The position numbers were made by a program, and so were the translations under genes. A stretch of DNA of 64,000 nucleotides, taken from the human T2T-CHM13v2.0 reference genome, Homo sapiens. A model generated the notes under the pieces. The model had not been told where the DNA came from. It saw only the letters and a program-made list of their open reading frames with translations, and searched no databases. Numbering within the stretch: the stretch's first letter is position 1; the number at the start of each line of letters is the position of its first letter. The stretch is from assembly GCF_009914755.1 (NCBI RefSeq), contig NC_060947.1; one strand, given 5' to 3'. Shown here in pieces: positions 25,728-46,170 of this stretch.

Positions 25728-28030
25728 TGATATGGTTGGGCTGTGTCCACACCCAGATCTCATCTTGAATTCCCATGTGTTGTAGGAGAGACCCAGTGGG
25801 AGGTAAATGAATCATGGGGGCAGGTCTTCCCTGTGCTGTCCTCATGATAGTGAATAAGTCTCATGAGACCTGATGGTTTTATAAGAGGAGTTCCCTGCAC
25901 AAGCTCTCTTGTCTGCCACCACGTGAGACCTGCCTTTCAGCTTCCAGCGTGATCATGAGGCCTCCGCAACCACGTGGAGCTATAAGTCCAATAAACCTCT
26001 TTCTTTTGTAAATTGCCCAGTCTCAGGTATGTCTTTATCAGCAGCGTGAAAATGGACTAATACAGTAAATTGGTACCAGGAGAGTGGGGCACTGCTGAAG
26101 ATACCTGAAAATGTGGAAGCAACTTTGGAACTGGGTAACGGGCAGAGGTTTGAACAGTTTGGAGGGCTCAGAAAAAGACAGGAAAATGTGGGAAAGCTTG
26201 GAACTCCCTAGAGACTTGTTGAATGGCTTTGACCAAAATGCTGATAATGATATGGACAGTGAAATCCAGGCTGAAGTAGTCTGAGAATGAGATGAGGAAC
26301 TTGATGGGAACTGGAGCAAAGGTGACTCTTGTTATGTTTTAGCAAAGAGACTGCTGGCATTTTGCCCCTGCCCTAGAGATTTGTGGAACTTTGAACTTCA
26401 GAGAGATGGTTTAGGGTATCTGGCAGAAGAAATTTCTAAGCAGCAAAGCATTGAAGAGATGACTTAGGTGCTGTTAAAGGCATTCAGTTTTATAAGGGAA
26501 GCAGAGCATAAAAGTTCAAAAATTTGCAGCCTGACAATGCAATAGAAAAGAAAATCCCATTTTCTGAGGAGAAATTCAAGCAGGCTGCAGAAATTTGCAC
26601 AAGTAACAAGGAGCTGAATGTTAATCCCTGAGACAGTGGGGAAAATGTCTCCAGGGCATGTCAGAGTCTTCACGGAATCCCCTCCCATCACAGGCCTGGA
26701 GGCCTAAGAGGAAAAGGTGGTTTCACAGGCCAGGCCCAGGGTTCCCGTGCTGTGTGCAGCCTAGTGACTTGATGCCCTGCATCCCAACTGCGCCAGCCTT
26801 GGCTGAAAGGGGCCAATGTAGAGCTTGGGCTGTGGCTTCAGAGGGTACAAGCCTCAAGCCTTGGCAGCTTCCATGTGGTGTTGAGCCTGCAAGTGCACAG
26901 AAGTCAAGAATCGGGGTTTGGGAACCTCTGCCTAGATTTCAGAAGATATATGGAAGCACCTGGATGCCCAGGCAGAAGTTTGCTGCAGGGGTGGGACCCT
27001 TATGGAGAACCTCTACTAGGGCAGTTCAGAAGGGAAATGTGGGATTGGAGCCCCCCCACAGAGTCCCTACTGGGGCACCTCCTAGTGAGCTGTGAGAAGA
27101 AGCCCACCATCCTTCAGACCCCAGAATGGTAGATCCACTGACAGCTTGCACCATGCACCTGGAAAAGCTGCAGGCACTCAACACCATCCCATGAAGGCAG
27201 CCAGGAGAGAGGCTGTGCCCTGCAAATCCACAGGGGTGGAACTGCCTGAGACCATGGGAACCTACCTCTTACATCAGCATGACCTGGATGTGAGACATGG
27301 TAGTCAAAGAGATCATTTTGGGGCTTTAAGATTTGACTGCCCCACTGGATTTCAGACTTGCATGGGGCCTGTAGCCCCCGTGTTCTGGCCAATTTCTCCC
27401 ATTTGGGATGGCTATATTTACCCAATGCCTGTACTCCCACTGTACCTAGGAAGTAACTAACTTCCTTTTGATTTTACAGGCTCATAGGCAGAAGGGACTT
27501 GCCTTGTTTCAGATGAGACTTTGGACTGTGGGCTTTTGAGTTAATCCTGAAATGAGTTAAGACTTTGGGGAACTGTTGGGAAGGCATGATTGGTTTTGAA
27601 ATGTGAAGCCATGAGATTTGGAGGGGCCAGGGGCAGAATGATATGGTTTGGCTGTGTCCCCACCCAAATCTCATCTTGAATTCCTACATGTTGTAGGAGA
27701 GACCTGGTGGGAGGTAAATGAATCATGGGGGCAGGTCTTTCCCATGCTGTTCTTGTGATAGTGAATAAGTCTCACAAGATCTGTGAATAAGTCTGACAAG
27801 ATCTGATGGTTGCAAAAAGGGGAGTTTCCCAGCAAGTTTCTTCTCTTGTCTGCTGCCATGTCTCTTGTCTTCTCTTGTCTGCTGCCATGTGAGATTTGCT
27901 TTTCACCTTCCATCATTATTGTGAGCCCTCCCCAGCCACATGGGATTGTAAGCCCAATAAACCTCTTTCTTTTGTAAATTGCCCAGTCTCTGGTATGTCT
28001 TTATCAGCAGCGTGAAAATGGACTAATATA
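25728..28030 (+). mobile_element. THE1 (THE1B-like) MaLR provirus: 5' LTR 25728-26064, internal 26065-27638, 3' LTR 27639-28030
   Basis: Both LTRs start TGATATGG and end GGACTAATA(C/T)A; 'aattggtaccagg' after the 5' LTR; purine tract 'ggaggggccaggggcagaa' before the 3' LTR; internal ORF broken. Confidence 0.95.
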
Positions 28031-28321
28031 GGGCCTATGGCACAAAACATGTTAAAAACCCCTGAGTGAGGAGATAATAAAGGCCATCCAGATTTGAATC
28101 TTTTTGTTTGTAGACTAGGAAACTGAATCTCAACTACTTGACCCCCGAAGTCAGCATGACACAATAGAAAGAGCAAGGTTGTTGGAATCAGATAAGGTTC
28201 AAATACCAAGGTTCAAATGTCAGCTCCATACTTACTGCTTATAGGACTTTCCCCCAACTTAAGTTTCCTTGGAATTCATTTTTCAACTGCAAATAAGGGT
28301 AAAACTGTCTTTCACTGAAAG

Positions 28322-28540
28322 CAGGAGTCAGCAACTATAGCTCACAGGCCAAATCCAGTTTGCAGCCTATTTTTGTCAATAAAGTTTCATTGGAACACAG
28401 TCACACCCATTTGTTTACATATTGTCTATGTCTGCTTTTGCACTACAATGGCAGTTTGGTTACAACATAGACCATACCATACAGCCCACAAAGCCCAAAG
28501 TATTATCTTGCCTTTTATGGAAAAAATTTGCAGACCCCTG
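28322..28540. mobile_element. MER58A inserted in a MIR (MIR pieces about 28165-28320 and 28545-28635)
   Basis: 'caggagtcagcaactatagctcacaggccaaatcc...aataaagtttcattggaacacag...tttgcagacccctg'; flanks 'aactgcaaataaggg' and 'gctgtgaggataaa...cctggtacctagtaa'. Confidence 0.8.
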
Positions 28541-28747
28541 ACTTGGAGTATAGCTGTGAGGATAAAGGGACAAAAGGTATGTAAAGATGTAGCTCATTGC
28601 CTGGTACCTAGTAAACATTAAATAAATGTAGTCATTCTCCCCTCTTCAAGACAGAGAGACTTTTGTGGGAAGACAGAACATTGTTCTGGGTCCACAATGT
28701 ATGATTTCTTTGAACTAGAGAGGAGCCTAACAGAAAATATATAAGGA

Positions 28748-28778
28748 TATATATATATATATATATATCATATATATA
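28748..28778. repeat. (TA)n microsatellite
   Basis: Read directly. Confidence 0.95.
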
Positions 28779-30082
28779 ATACAACTGGTTTATAAGTAAG
28801 TTCTAAGGAAGTTAAAATGAGCCAGTAGTATATTTAAATATGATTATATCCTGCATTTATCCAAGAAGGCCTTAAGATGATTTCCAACTCAATAAATAAC
28901 AATGGATTGAATAAAATCTAATTGCTCCAGAAGGTAGCATAGTGCCTGTAAGTGAACTTTATATTCAGCATTGAGCTTCCAGGCAGCCATGGTAAAAAGA
29001 AATCACGAAAAATTGTGTAACACCTGTTATAAGGAAAAAAAAAAAGTCTACTTGATTATCACAGGACAAAAGGTTTTTATCCTGACACAAATTTTAGGCA
29101 TCATTACTTACAGAAATGTGTATAGACACAGTTTAGAGTTTAAAACAATAATTGAAACTAACAGAAGAAATGACTTTTAAGAATATCAAAATTCTCCTTG
29201 TCTACGCACAACCTCTTAAACCTACTTGAACAATAAGTAAAAATTGCTGCAAATATTAATAATATGGTAAAATAGCTCTGGAAAGTAAAGGGCCAGTGTT
29301 TGGGTGAGTTAATACATTTAACACAGCAGAACAGTTCTGTGTGTTTCGGAAAGAAGGATTGTTTAGTAGGAGAGAATTTGATGTCTGAGAAAAAGGCAAA
29401 ATGTTTGTGCATTTGATGGTTATAACTAAAAAATCATTGTGCCCTCATTCCTCTGTAAACAGATGCTAGGAACACAAGTTAAAAAACAAAAAAACATTGC
29501 AAACCAGAGCCAGAATTAGCATGAGGCAAGTGAGGGGGGTCGTGTAAGTTCAGAGTCATATTTGATCTTTATTTAAAATTTTGATAATTCCTTCATGGTG
29601 GATTCTATGCATTGATTTTGATTTTAAAACAATACTGCATAAAAATATTATTTATCTAGATTACTGAGCTTTTTATATCCCCTTAAATTTTATGTCCAAG
29701 GCAATGGCCTCACTTCCCTTCTCCTATTCCTGGCCCATATATTCACGCTACTAAGAAATAATTTTAATAAAAATATGTTTAGGAAGGACTCTTCCCCAGG
29801 CTGAGCCACCTTATAGGATTCCTGTCACCTTTCACATGTTGATATAAAGTCTTTGTGTGTCTAAAGCAGCTTTATTCACAGAAAAGACTCTTCAGGGTTG
29901 TTTTGTTAAAATATTTATCATTTGATACATTAAAGTTAAAAACTCCAAATTCATTGCTCTCTGGCTTTTAATTTCAGTTTCTAAGAAGAGTCCAGACTAT
30001 TTTAGCAACCTGTTTTTAGGGGCCTTTAAGTAATACTGGTCCAATTTACACACAACATTATTTAAATACCTTCAAAAATTAA

Positions 30083-30430
<348 letters not shown>

Positions 30431-31527
30431 TATATAGTTTTTCTATTAATATTTATTCTTTAAGCACGCCTATTGTCTGAATTAATTAACAAAACTTTTC
30501 CAGGTTCTAAATACATTTTACAACTCTTGTAAACCAAACTTATAAATATGGTGAAAAGGTGGTTCCAAGATGGCCGAATAGGAACAGGTCCAGCCTACAG
30601 CTCCCAGTGTGAGTGATGCAGAAGACAGGTGATTTCTGCATTTCCAACTGAGGTACCGGGTTCATCTCACTAGGGCTTGTTGGAGAGCGAGTGCCAAAGC
30701 AGGTCGAGGCATCACCTCACCCAGGAAGCGCAAGGGGTCAGGGAATTCCCTTTCCTAGCCAAAGGAAGCTATGGCAGACAGCACCTGGAAAATCAGGTCA
30801 CTCCCACCCTAATACTGCGCTTTTCCAACGGTCTTAGCAAACGGCACACCACGAGATTATAGCTCGTGCCTGGCTCAGAGGGTCCCATGCCCACGGAGCT
30901 TCACTCATTGCTAGCACAGCAGTCTGAGATTGAACTGAAAGGCAGCAGCAGGCTGGGGGAGGGGCGCCCGCCATTGCTGAGGCTTTAGTAGGTAAATAAA
31001 GCGGCCAGGAAGCTCGAAATGGGTGGAGCCCACCACGGCTCAAGGAGGCCTGCCTGCCTGTAGACTCCACCTCTGGGGGCAGGGCATAGCTGGACAAAAG
31101 GCAGCAGAAACCTCTGCAGACTTAAATATCCCTGTCTGACAGCTTTGAAGAGAGTAGTGGTTCTCCCAGCACAGAGTTTGAGATCTGAGAACGGACAGAC
31201 TGCCTCCTCAAGTGGGTCCCTGTCCCCCAAGTAGCCTAACTGGGAGGCACCCCCCAGTAGGGGCAGACTGACACCCCACACGGCCGGGTACCCCTCTGAG
31301 ACAAAGCTTCCAGAGGAACGATCAGGCAGCAACATTTGCTGTTCTGCAGCCTCCGCTGATACCCAGGCAAACAGGGTCTGGAGTGGGCCTCCAGCAAACT
31401 CCAACAGACCTGCAGCTGAGGGTCCTGACTGATAGAAGGAAAACTAACAAACAGAAAGGACATCCACACCAAAACCCCATCTGTACGTCACCATCATCAA
31501 AGACCAAAGGTAGATAAAACCACAAAG

Positions 31528-32830
<1,303 letters not shown>

Positions 32831-32891
32831 ACCATCGATGCTAGGAAGAAACTGCATCAACTAACGAGCAAAATAACCAGCTAACATCATA

Positions 32892-36711
<3,820 letters not shown>

Positions 36712-37835
36712 ACAATGAGAACACTTGGACACAGGAAGGGGAACATCACACACCGGGGCCTGTTGTGGGGTAGGGGGAGGGGGGAGGGATAGCATTAGGA
36801 GATATACCTAATGTAAATGACGAGTTAATGGGTGCAGCACACCAACATGGCACATGTATACATATGTAACAAACCTGCATGTTGTGCACATGTACCCTAG
36901 AAGTTAAAGTATAAAAACAAAATTTTTGAGAGAGAAAAAAAATTATGGTGCAACAAAACTAGTTTTGTTTTATACATTTCTAAATGTCCACATAAATTAT
37001 TTAGATTTCAACTTGAAAAGATCACTCAATTATATACTTTATCTGGGAGTCACAAGCTATTGTCTTAATAGGCTATATTTCTCTTAACTATTCAAGCATA
37101 TACAACCCCAAGTTTGTGCAGATGCCTTAACCAGGAAACATCGATACAATGTTTTTAAGTGTCTTGGTTATTTCTGTTCTCATTTTTAAAGCTTCCCAGA
37201 GTTGAAAGCTATGTGGGCATTCGGGAAGTGAAAGGCAATCTCAGTTACTGAGATGACTTTTAATTAGAGATTTTAACTGGGTGCTGAGACTTGGAATGGT
37301 AGACATCTAAGGTGATTCTTCTCATACCAACTGTGATTTTATCCCATGAAATTTGGGGTTTGCCTTCTCAGTATCCTGCAGGTTTTGAACAATCAGTGAT
37401 TTCAGCCAAGAGCTCATCAGGTCCTTCTCAGGAACCTAAATGGGTTACTCTAAACCTATGTACCTAGCTGCTACTGGTAAACCCATAGCTTTACAGGGGT
37501 GCAATCATGCTGCCCAGGTCTTTGGAGGTGAATTATATACAATACCCAATCCTTTCTTCTTCTACAAAAAGACTGCAAACCCCACGTAAGTTAATCGTTT
37601 GACTAGATTCTGCATACTTTTGTTTCTGTATCAGTGTAAATGCCCCTTCTGTGTGAGTTTAAGATCTTCGAACTAGGTAGAATATTGCTTCTTTCAGATT
37701 GTCAGGCCCCACCCTGTTCGTGGACAGTTATTTCCACTCCTATTGAATTCTCTACCTGGCTGTCTAGCCTGTCACCACAACTGGTAAGCCTCTTCTGTTA
37801 GCACACGGAATTGCAGAATTTTGTTGATTCTAGAG

Positions 37836-38046
37836 GAAACTTGTCCAACCCGCCACCCGTGGGCCACATGCAGCCCAGGACAGCTTCGAATGTGGCCCAA
37901 CACAAATTTGTAAACATTCTTTAAATATTATGAGATTTTTTTTTAAGCTCATCAGCTATTGTTAGTGTTAGTGTATTTTATGTGTGGCCCCAAGACAATT
38001 CTTCTTCCAGTGTGACCCAAGGGAGCCAAACGACTAGACAACCCTG
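37836..38046. mobile_element. MER30 hAT MITE (second copy)
   Basis: 'cttgtccaacccgcc...gagccaaacgactagacaaccctg'; 8-bp TSD ttctagag/ttctagaa. Confidence 0.88.
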
Positions 38047-38857
38047 TTCTAGAATGTTCTCCATGGCTGCTCCAAACTCAGCCGCTTGCTCTGTATTAAC
38101 TGCAGAATAAGAGCTTTTCTCATTTATGCCTCCCAGTCATCAGGACCAAAGTGTAAGATGCATCAAAGTTTCCCTGGATGGTTGGTGCCCTAGGGCAGTT
38201 GCCATGAACCAAGTACAAAAAGAAAAACAGACTTTTCCAAAATTAATTCAAATGGGCATAACTCTTTTGGAAATTGTGTAGCACATGTTGCCAGGCTGGG
38301 GGGATGGGCTGTGTGTGCTATTTTAATGAGACTGCAGACTGGTTACATCTACAGCTTCCCATATTTTGGCTTATTTTAGAAAGAGCCAGAAAATGATGTT
38401 TAACGGTAAACTGCAAGAAGACAGGCAGGGAGGAGGGGCAGATGGCATGAAGTAATCTTTCTGCATTTCAAGGCATAGGCCAACTCTTTGTTAAAATATT
38501 CTTTCCAGTTTGGAAGCCCTTGGCTTAAGGGAAATTTGGAAAAACCAAGCTCATGTCCCAACCAGCAGCTCATCTAGAAAGTAAAAATGAAAACTCTAAT
38601 TATCAGTCAGTCAGTGGTTTTTATCGTGCAACAGTTAATTGTTTCACTTAAAACCACTGCTGGTAACAGCTGGAAAGGAAAGTGACTGGAGAACAGGGTC
38701 ATTTAAAACCATTATTTTGAGCTACAGTTTCAATGTCAATGAAAGAGTTGTCCAAATTTTGGCATATCACTTTCTAACGAATTTTAGTTTTATGAGATAG
38801 CCATCATTTAGTGAAATATATCCCAAATCGTGAGAACTGTATTTCTTGCCAACTGTC

Positions 38858-39185
<328 letters not shown>

Positions 39186-39550
39186 TAGTAGCCCATGGGA
39201 GACTATTGTAGTGTGTCCTTATGACCAGTGTTTTCCAATTATTTGTTAGCCAGAAATTGGAACACTGAATATACTCTTCTATAATGTTAAAAATGGTGGC
39301 AAAATTTCAGGCCAACCTATAAGAGGTACCTGGTTAATATATAATATAGCTGTAGTTGGGAATACAAAGGGATATTTTTTCCCCAGTAGTCTTTCCATCT
39401 GGCAGTATATTATGATCCATTCATCTCAATCTTGCTACCTCAAAAGCAGAAGTGGCAGATGAATCCACCCAGCAAACGCCATAGAGGTGGGTCCAGCTGA
39501 GGCTTTACCTGGCACTGACCGTGTCCTCCTCCATTAAAACACTGGTACCA

Positions 39551-39685
39551 GGCTGGGTGAGTGACTCATGCTTGTAATCCCAGCAGTTTGGGAGGCTGAG
39601 ATGGGAGGATCACTTGATCCCAGGAGGCTTCAGTGAGCTATGACTGTGCCACTGCACTCCAGCCTGGGTGACAGAGCAAGACTGT

Positions 39686-39718
<33 letters not shown>
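39551..39718 (+). mobile_element. Monomeric Alu (left-arm head fused to right-arm tail; J/FRAM-like)
   Basis: About 140 bp plus long poly(A); TSD ATTAAAACACTG(G/A)TACC at 39533-39549 and 39723-39739. Confidence 0.88.
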
Positions 39719-39719
<1 letters not shown>

Positions 39720-39799
39720 CTTATTAAAACACTGATACCTGACATATATGGCTGTTATGGCTGCGGTGGGGATTACATGTAAATATGGCAAGACCTATA

Positions 39800-40015
39800 A
39801 TAAAAAGTTAATATTTATTAAATACTTATGAGGTACCCTTCACTAATTAAGTCGCTCCTGCAACGATGCCACAGAATGGTGCTTCCCTATGTCACAGACA
39901 AGGAACCAAAGCACAGAAATGTCAAGTAATCGGCCGAAGGACACACAGCTAGCAAACAGCAGAGCCAATTCAAACCCACACAGTCTGGCTCCAGAAGCCA
40001 TGCTTTGGTCACTAT
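39800..40015 (-). mobile_element. MIR
   Basis: 'acagacaaggaaccaaagcacagaaatgtcaagtaatcggccgaaggacacacagctag...ttcaaacccacacagtctggctccag'. Confidence 0.75.
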
Positions 40016-40019
40016 AGTC

Positions 40020-40258
40020 CAGGGGTCAGCAAACCATAGCCCATCACCTGTTATGGTCTGGCCCAAAAGCTAAGAATGGTTTTACCAATTTTAGAGTTGG
40101 GGTGTAGGGAGAGAGAAATATTTCATGGCATGTGAACAAAGATATTAAATTTAAATTTCGATGTTCATAAATCGTCTCATTGGAACATAGCTACTCCTAT
40201 TCATGGAACACAGCTACTCTTATTCCCATACATACTGTCTATAGCTACTTTCACACCA
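40020..40258. mobile_element. MER58B partial
   Basis: 'caggggtcagcaaaccatagccc...agctaagaatggttttac...ttggaacatagctac'. Confidence 0.7.
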
Positions 40259-43200
40259 GAAATATCATGACAAAATGTTTATGACATAATGGCAAGGGAT
40301 AAAAAAGAATACAGAAAGTATGATTCCACTAATTTACAAGAATGCTTAAACAAAAAATACTTTAATTATTAATAATGGATTGTAGAAACATGAGTAATTT
40401 TTTTCATCTGCATTTCCCACCTTCTCTGTGATGATCAGGTATGCCTTTTGCATTAACAAACATCAACCTTAAAATTAAGTAAGTTGGCAAAGGATCGGTT
40501 AATTTGTCAAAGAATAGAAGGGATTCTAAATAACAAAAGTAAACAGACATTTGGTGAAAGACTCTAAGATCGGGAGTTCTAACTATCATGTCCATTTTAA
40601 TGACTTTTGGTTGTAAATCATTCTTGGGTACTTAAAAATATCAAAGATACACTGCAGACATTTTAGAAGGCTCCCGTATAAGTATGGACTTAATATATTT
40701 TTATGTATCTTTATTTCCCATATATATCCTTGTTAATTCTCAAACAGGGAAAAATGTAAACCTTAACTTTTATTTGTCACATCATTAGTTTCTTAATGTA
40801 GATATCCTGACATGAAATTTTGCCCCATGGGCTGTACTCCCCTTCTATGTTATTACTGAAGTGTGAGATGTCTGAAAAGTATCTTAACTAAAGATGAAGG
40901 AATTTCACTGATATCTGGGCATTATAGGAAAGGGGAAAAAAGTGAGTTTAAATGAAATGATTTTCTGAGGGATTTTAAAATCCTTAAATTGGGTATAAGG
41001 AGGGCCTTCTTTTATTAGTGTACAAATCCAGCCCTCTACATTGTGCTTTCACACCCTATGCCATTCATTGCAGCATGGTAACTTACTGCTTTCTGAGCTC
41101 TGAGGTTCAGAAAAGTTTTACTTGCCCGAAGTTACATAGCTGCAAAATTCTGGTCTGGCATTATATCTGGTTCTGCTGAAACTGTACTTCTCAACTCTGG
41201 CTTCTCAACTGCCTGGCAACATGCCAACATGATGACATCCAGTTTAGAATTCCACCCTCTACTGTCCCTTGGTTCTCACTACAAGGTGTCACTAAGGCAC
41301 AGCATTCATTTCCAATGTTTTTTTCCATCTTTCTGTGGACTGATTAAATGAGAATATTCTTGGAACCGATAGAGAACTGGGCAGCTCATTGGCAGCATGG
41401 CAGTCAATAACCAAAGGGGCCATAAACAAGGTTAGGTCTTATCTAGTTGGGCCAGGCAGCAGATGTAGGTTTTAATCAAGTCAGGCCACACATGGGTTGG
41501 GGAAGTAGCTAACTCTAGCTAAGCCTGTGTTGGGAAGCTAAATCTAGGCTGGTGAAGGAAGCCAATAGGGCCCAAATAGCTAATGGGGCTTGATCCTTCA
41601 TAATGAGTTCCTCCCAGAGGTGGCTCAGCACCTTGGACAGTTACCAGGAGAGTCACAGTTTCTGAAGGAGCCTGATTCCCTCCCAGGTCGATTTTTTTGG
41701 CACAACTTCTACTTCTTTGAAAAACTTCCTGTTCTCCCCTCTTTTCTCAGGGTTCTTATGTGCAGAATTGGGAGAATACTGATACAACTAGCAAAATGAG
41801 CTGCTTCTGAGGATATCCACACACATAAGATTTCCCTGATTATTAGACAGAAAAGTCACCGCTTCTAGCCAGAAGTGTGTCTAGTTCCATCAGATTGGCT
41901 TGTGTCACGAAGGGAAATATCTAGTTATTGTCTTCCCAGAACTCTTCTTTCCTGGGCCAGCTTATAAGTACTAACAACACAGACTCTTCTTTGCAAGTTA
42001 TTGAGAGGAAAAATTGTCATTTAATTCACAGAGTGGATTCCTAAAATGTGCACACTCAAATATTCTCTATTTCTTATGTTGATATTGACTGTTCTCACTT
42101 TCCCATAAAGTTAGATTATTCAAATCATAGATCTTCATTTACATTCTATAGCTGAAGTTAATGTACCTTTTCTTGATTAATTCTCAAAACAAGTTTATAT
42201 TTTGTATAAGATCTCTTTAATATGAAAGCTCATAGTGTATCTTTATAGATAGGTGTATGTTTTCTCTGTAAATTTGCCAACCTCTGCATCTGGTTCAGAA
42301 AATGGAAGTTCTGAATCAGAGCTACAAAAAGATTTAATGGGCTTCATGCTGCTGTTAGCGGCAGTATCCAGGCACCAATAGACCAGTATTTCCCAAACTG
42401 TGTTTTGCTGGACACTAGTCTAACAAAAGCTCTGTGAAAGGAAATTCTTCCAAGGAAGAGAAGTTTGGAAAACTCTGCCTTACTTTCTACCTTTTTGGAG
42501 AATCGCAGTGCTCATTAGCATTATGTGTGTAAGTAAAGAAAGCTTTTTCATGCTCCCAGTTCAGCATTTTCCAAATACATTGGACACCATAACAGTTTTT
42601 AAAACTAGTAGTACTCTGATCTACTATTTACCATAAAACCCTTTTCTAGATGTAGTCAATTGTCAGAATGTCATTGAGGCAACCAACATATCTAATATAC
42701 AAAGTTAGTGAGATTTATGTCTCCTAACCTGAGAATCTATGACTTTTTGTTATCCTAGCTTAAATATTTACATATGTGACAGGGTCAATCCTAGAATCAA
42801 AAGAAATCATATTTATGTCTTTCTTAAGTACACACTTTGGAACTTGGAGAAATACTTTTCTAACAGAGAAGCAAGTAATTAGGTGTAATTACACATTGGA
42901 AAGTGGCAGGTATGTAGATAGAGGCCTCAAACACACGGATCCTTTTAACCATAATTAAAGTATATAAAATTGATAGACAATAAATTTTATTATAAAGTTC
43001 TGTGTTGAATATGGAAAATAACCAAGCCAAAATGTAAAAAAAAAAATCCTTGGACTGACATCATAATGACCTTAAAGATGTTAGCATGCTCTTTGAAGAG
43101 TAAAACTCTTCTGAATATTTAAAAAGATCATGATATCTATTTATTTTTCCCAGGAAAGAGTGTAATGATTTATTTTGGATTCACTGAGGTATACTGCTAC

Positions 43201-43459
43201 TGAATATTTCAGAATAGCATGCCAAGTGCAAAAACTGTAGTACTGTTTGCAGCTTCAATTTTGAAAGCACTTTTCCAACCCATTTATTAAAGAGTATCCA
43301 TTTTCTGAGCCAAATGATGTAACAAAAAAAATTGTTCTCTGTATATACACAGCACTTTTTTTTCTTTTGGACCTTGGGTACAAAAGATTGATTTAATAAT
43401 ACTCCTCAATTCATAGAACATAATCATACTTGATCCTCATAAGGCTTTCTGATACACGT

Positions 43460-43790
43460 ACTCATATATACATTTATGTACATCTATGTGTACTTACTTT
43501 CTCTTTTAGAGTGTATATAAGAATATAGCAAATATATTCATATATATGCATCCATATTAATATATTCCCTTTTATATTGTAAATATATACGAATACATAA
43601 AATATGCATATGTATATATATATCATACATATGCATTTATGTGAATACATATGCATATTTTATTTTTCTGTCTCCTGGAGAAACACTGTTTCATATATAT
43701 TCTATTATTTTTATGTGTCCTTGATAAATATGTATAGTTTTCTGAGCATGTTGTCTTAGTTTATCATGTAAACATATTTACATATATAAT
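43460..43790. repeat. AT-rich low-complexity (TA/CA) tract
   Basis: Degenerate tatata/catata runs. Confidence 0.7.
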
Positions 43791-43819
43791 GTTTCTTTTT
43801 TCATTCAATACTATAGTTT

Positions 43820-46170
<2,351 letters not shown>

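Larger units (their letters stand above)
25018..28064. mobile_element. Old hAT-Charlie-like element interrupted by MER20 and THE1
   Basis: Left end 'agaggttcctaacatgaggttcatgga' and right end 'cctatggcacaaaacatgttaaaaacccctg' are degenerate inverted termini; internal AT-rich pieces at 25018-25364 and 25585-25727. Confidence 0.5.

Noticed and set aside
26464-27460. ORFs of 75-145 aa
   Set aside because: Frameshifted THE1 internal region; no intact coding frame.
40181-40226. 23-bp tandem duplication TGGAACA(T/C)AGCTACTC(C/T)TATTC
   Set aside because: Simple slippage inside a MER58B relic; no sign of function.
40404-40595. Minus-strand exon candidate (acceptor 'tacttttgttatttag', frame ESLLFFDKLTDP…)
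   Set aside because: Only weak donors (gttgat, gtggga), no recognisable homology, and such signals are common in AT-rich DNA.
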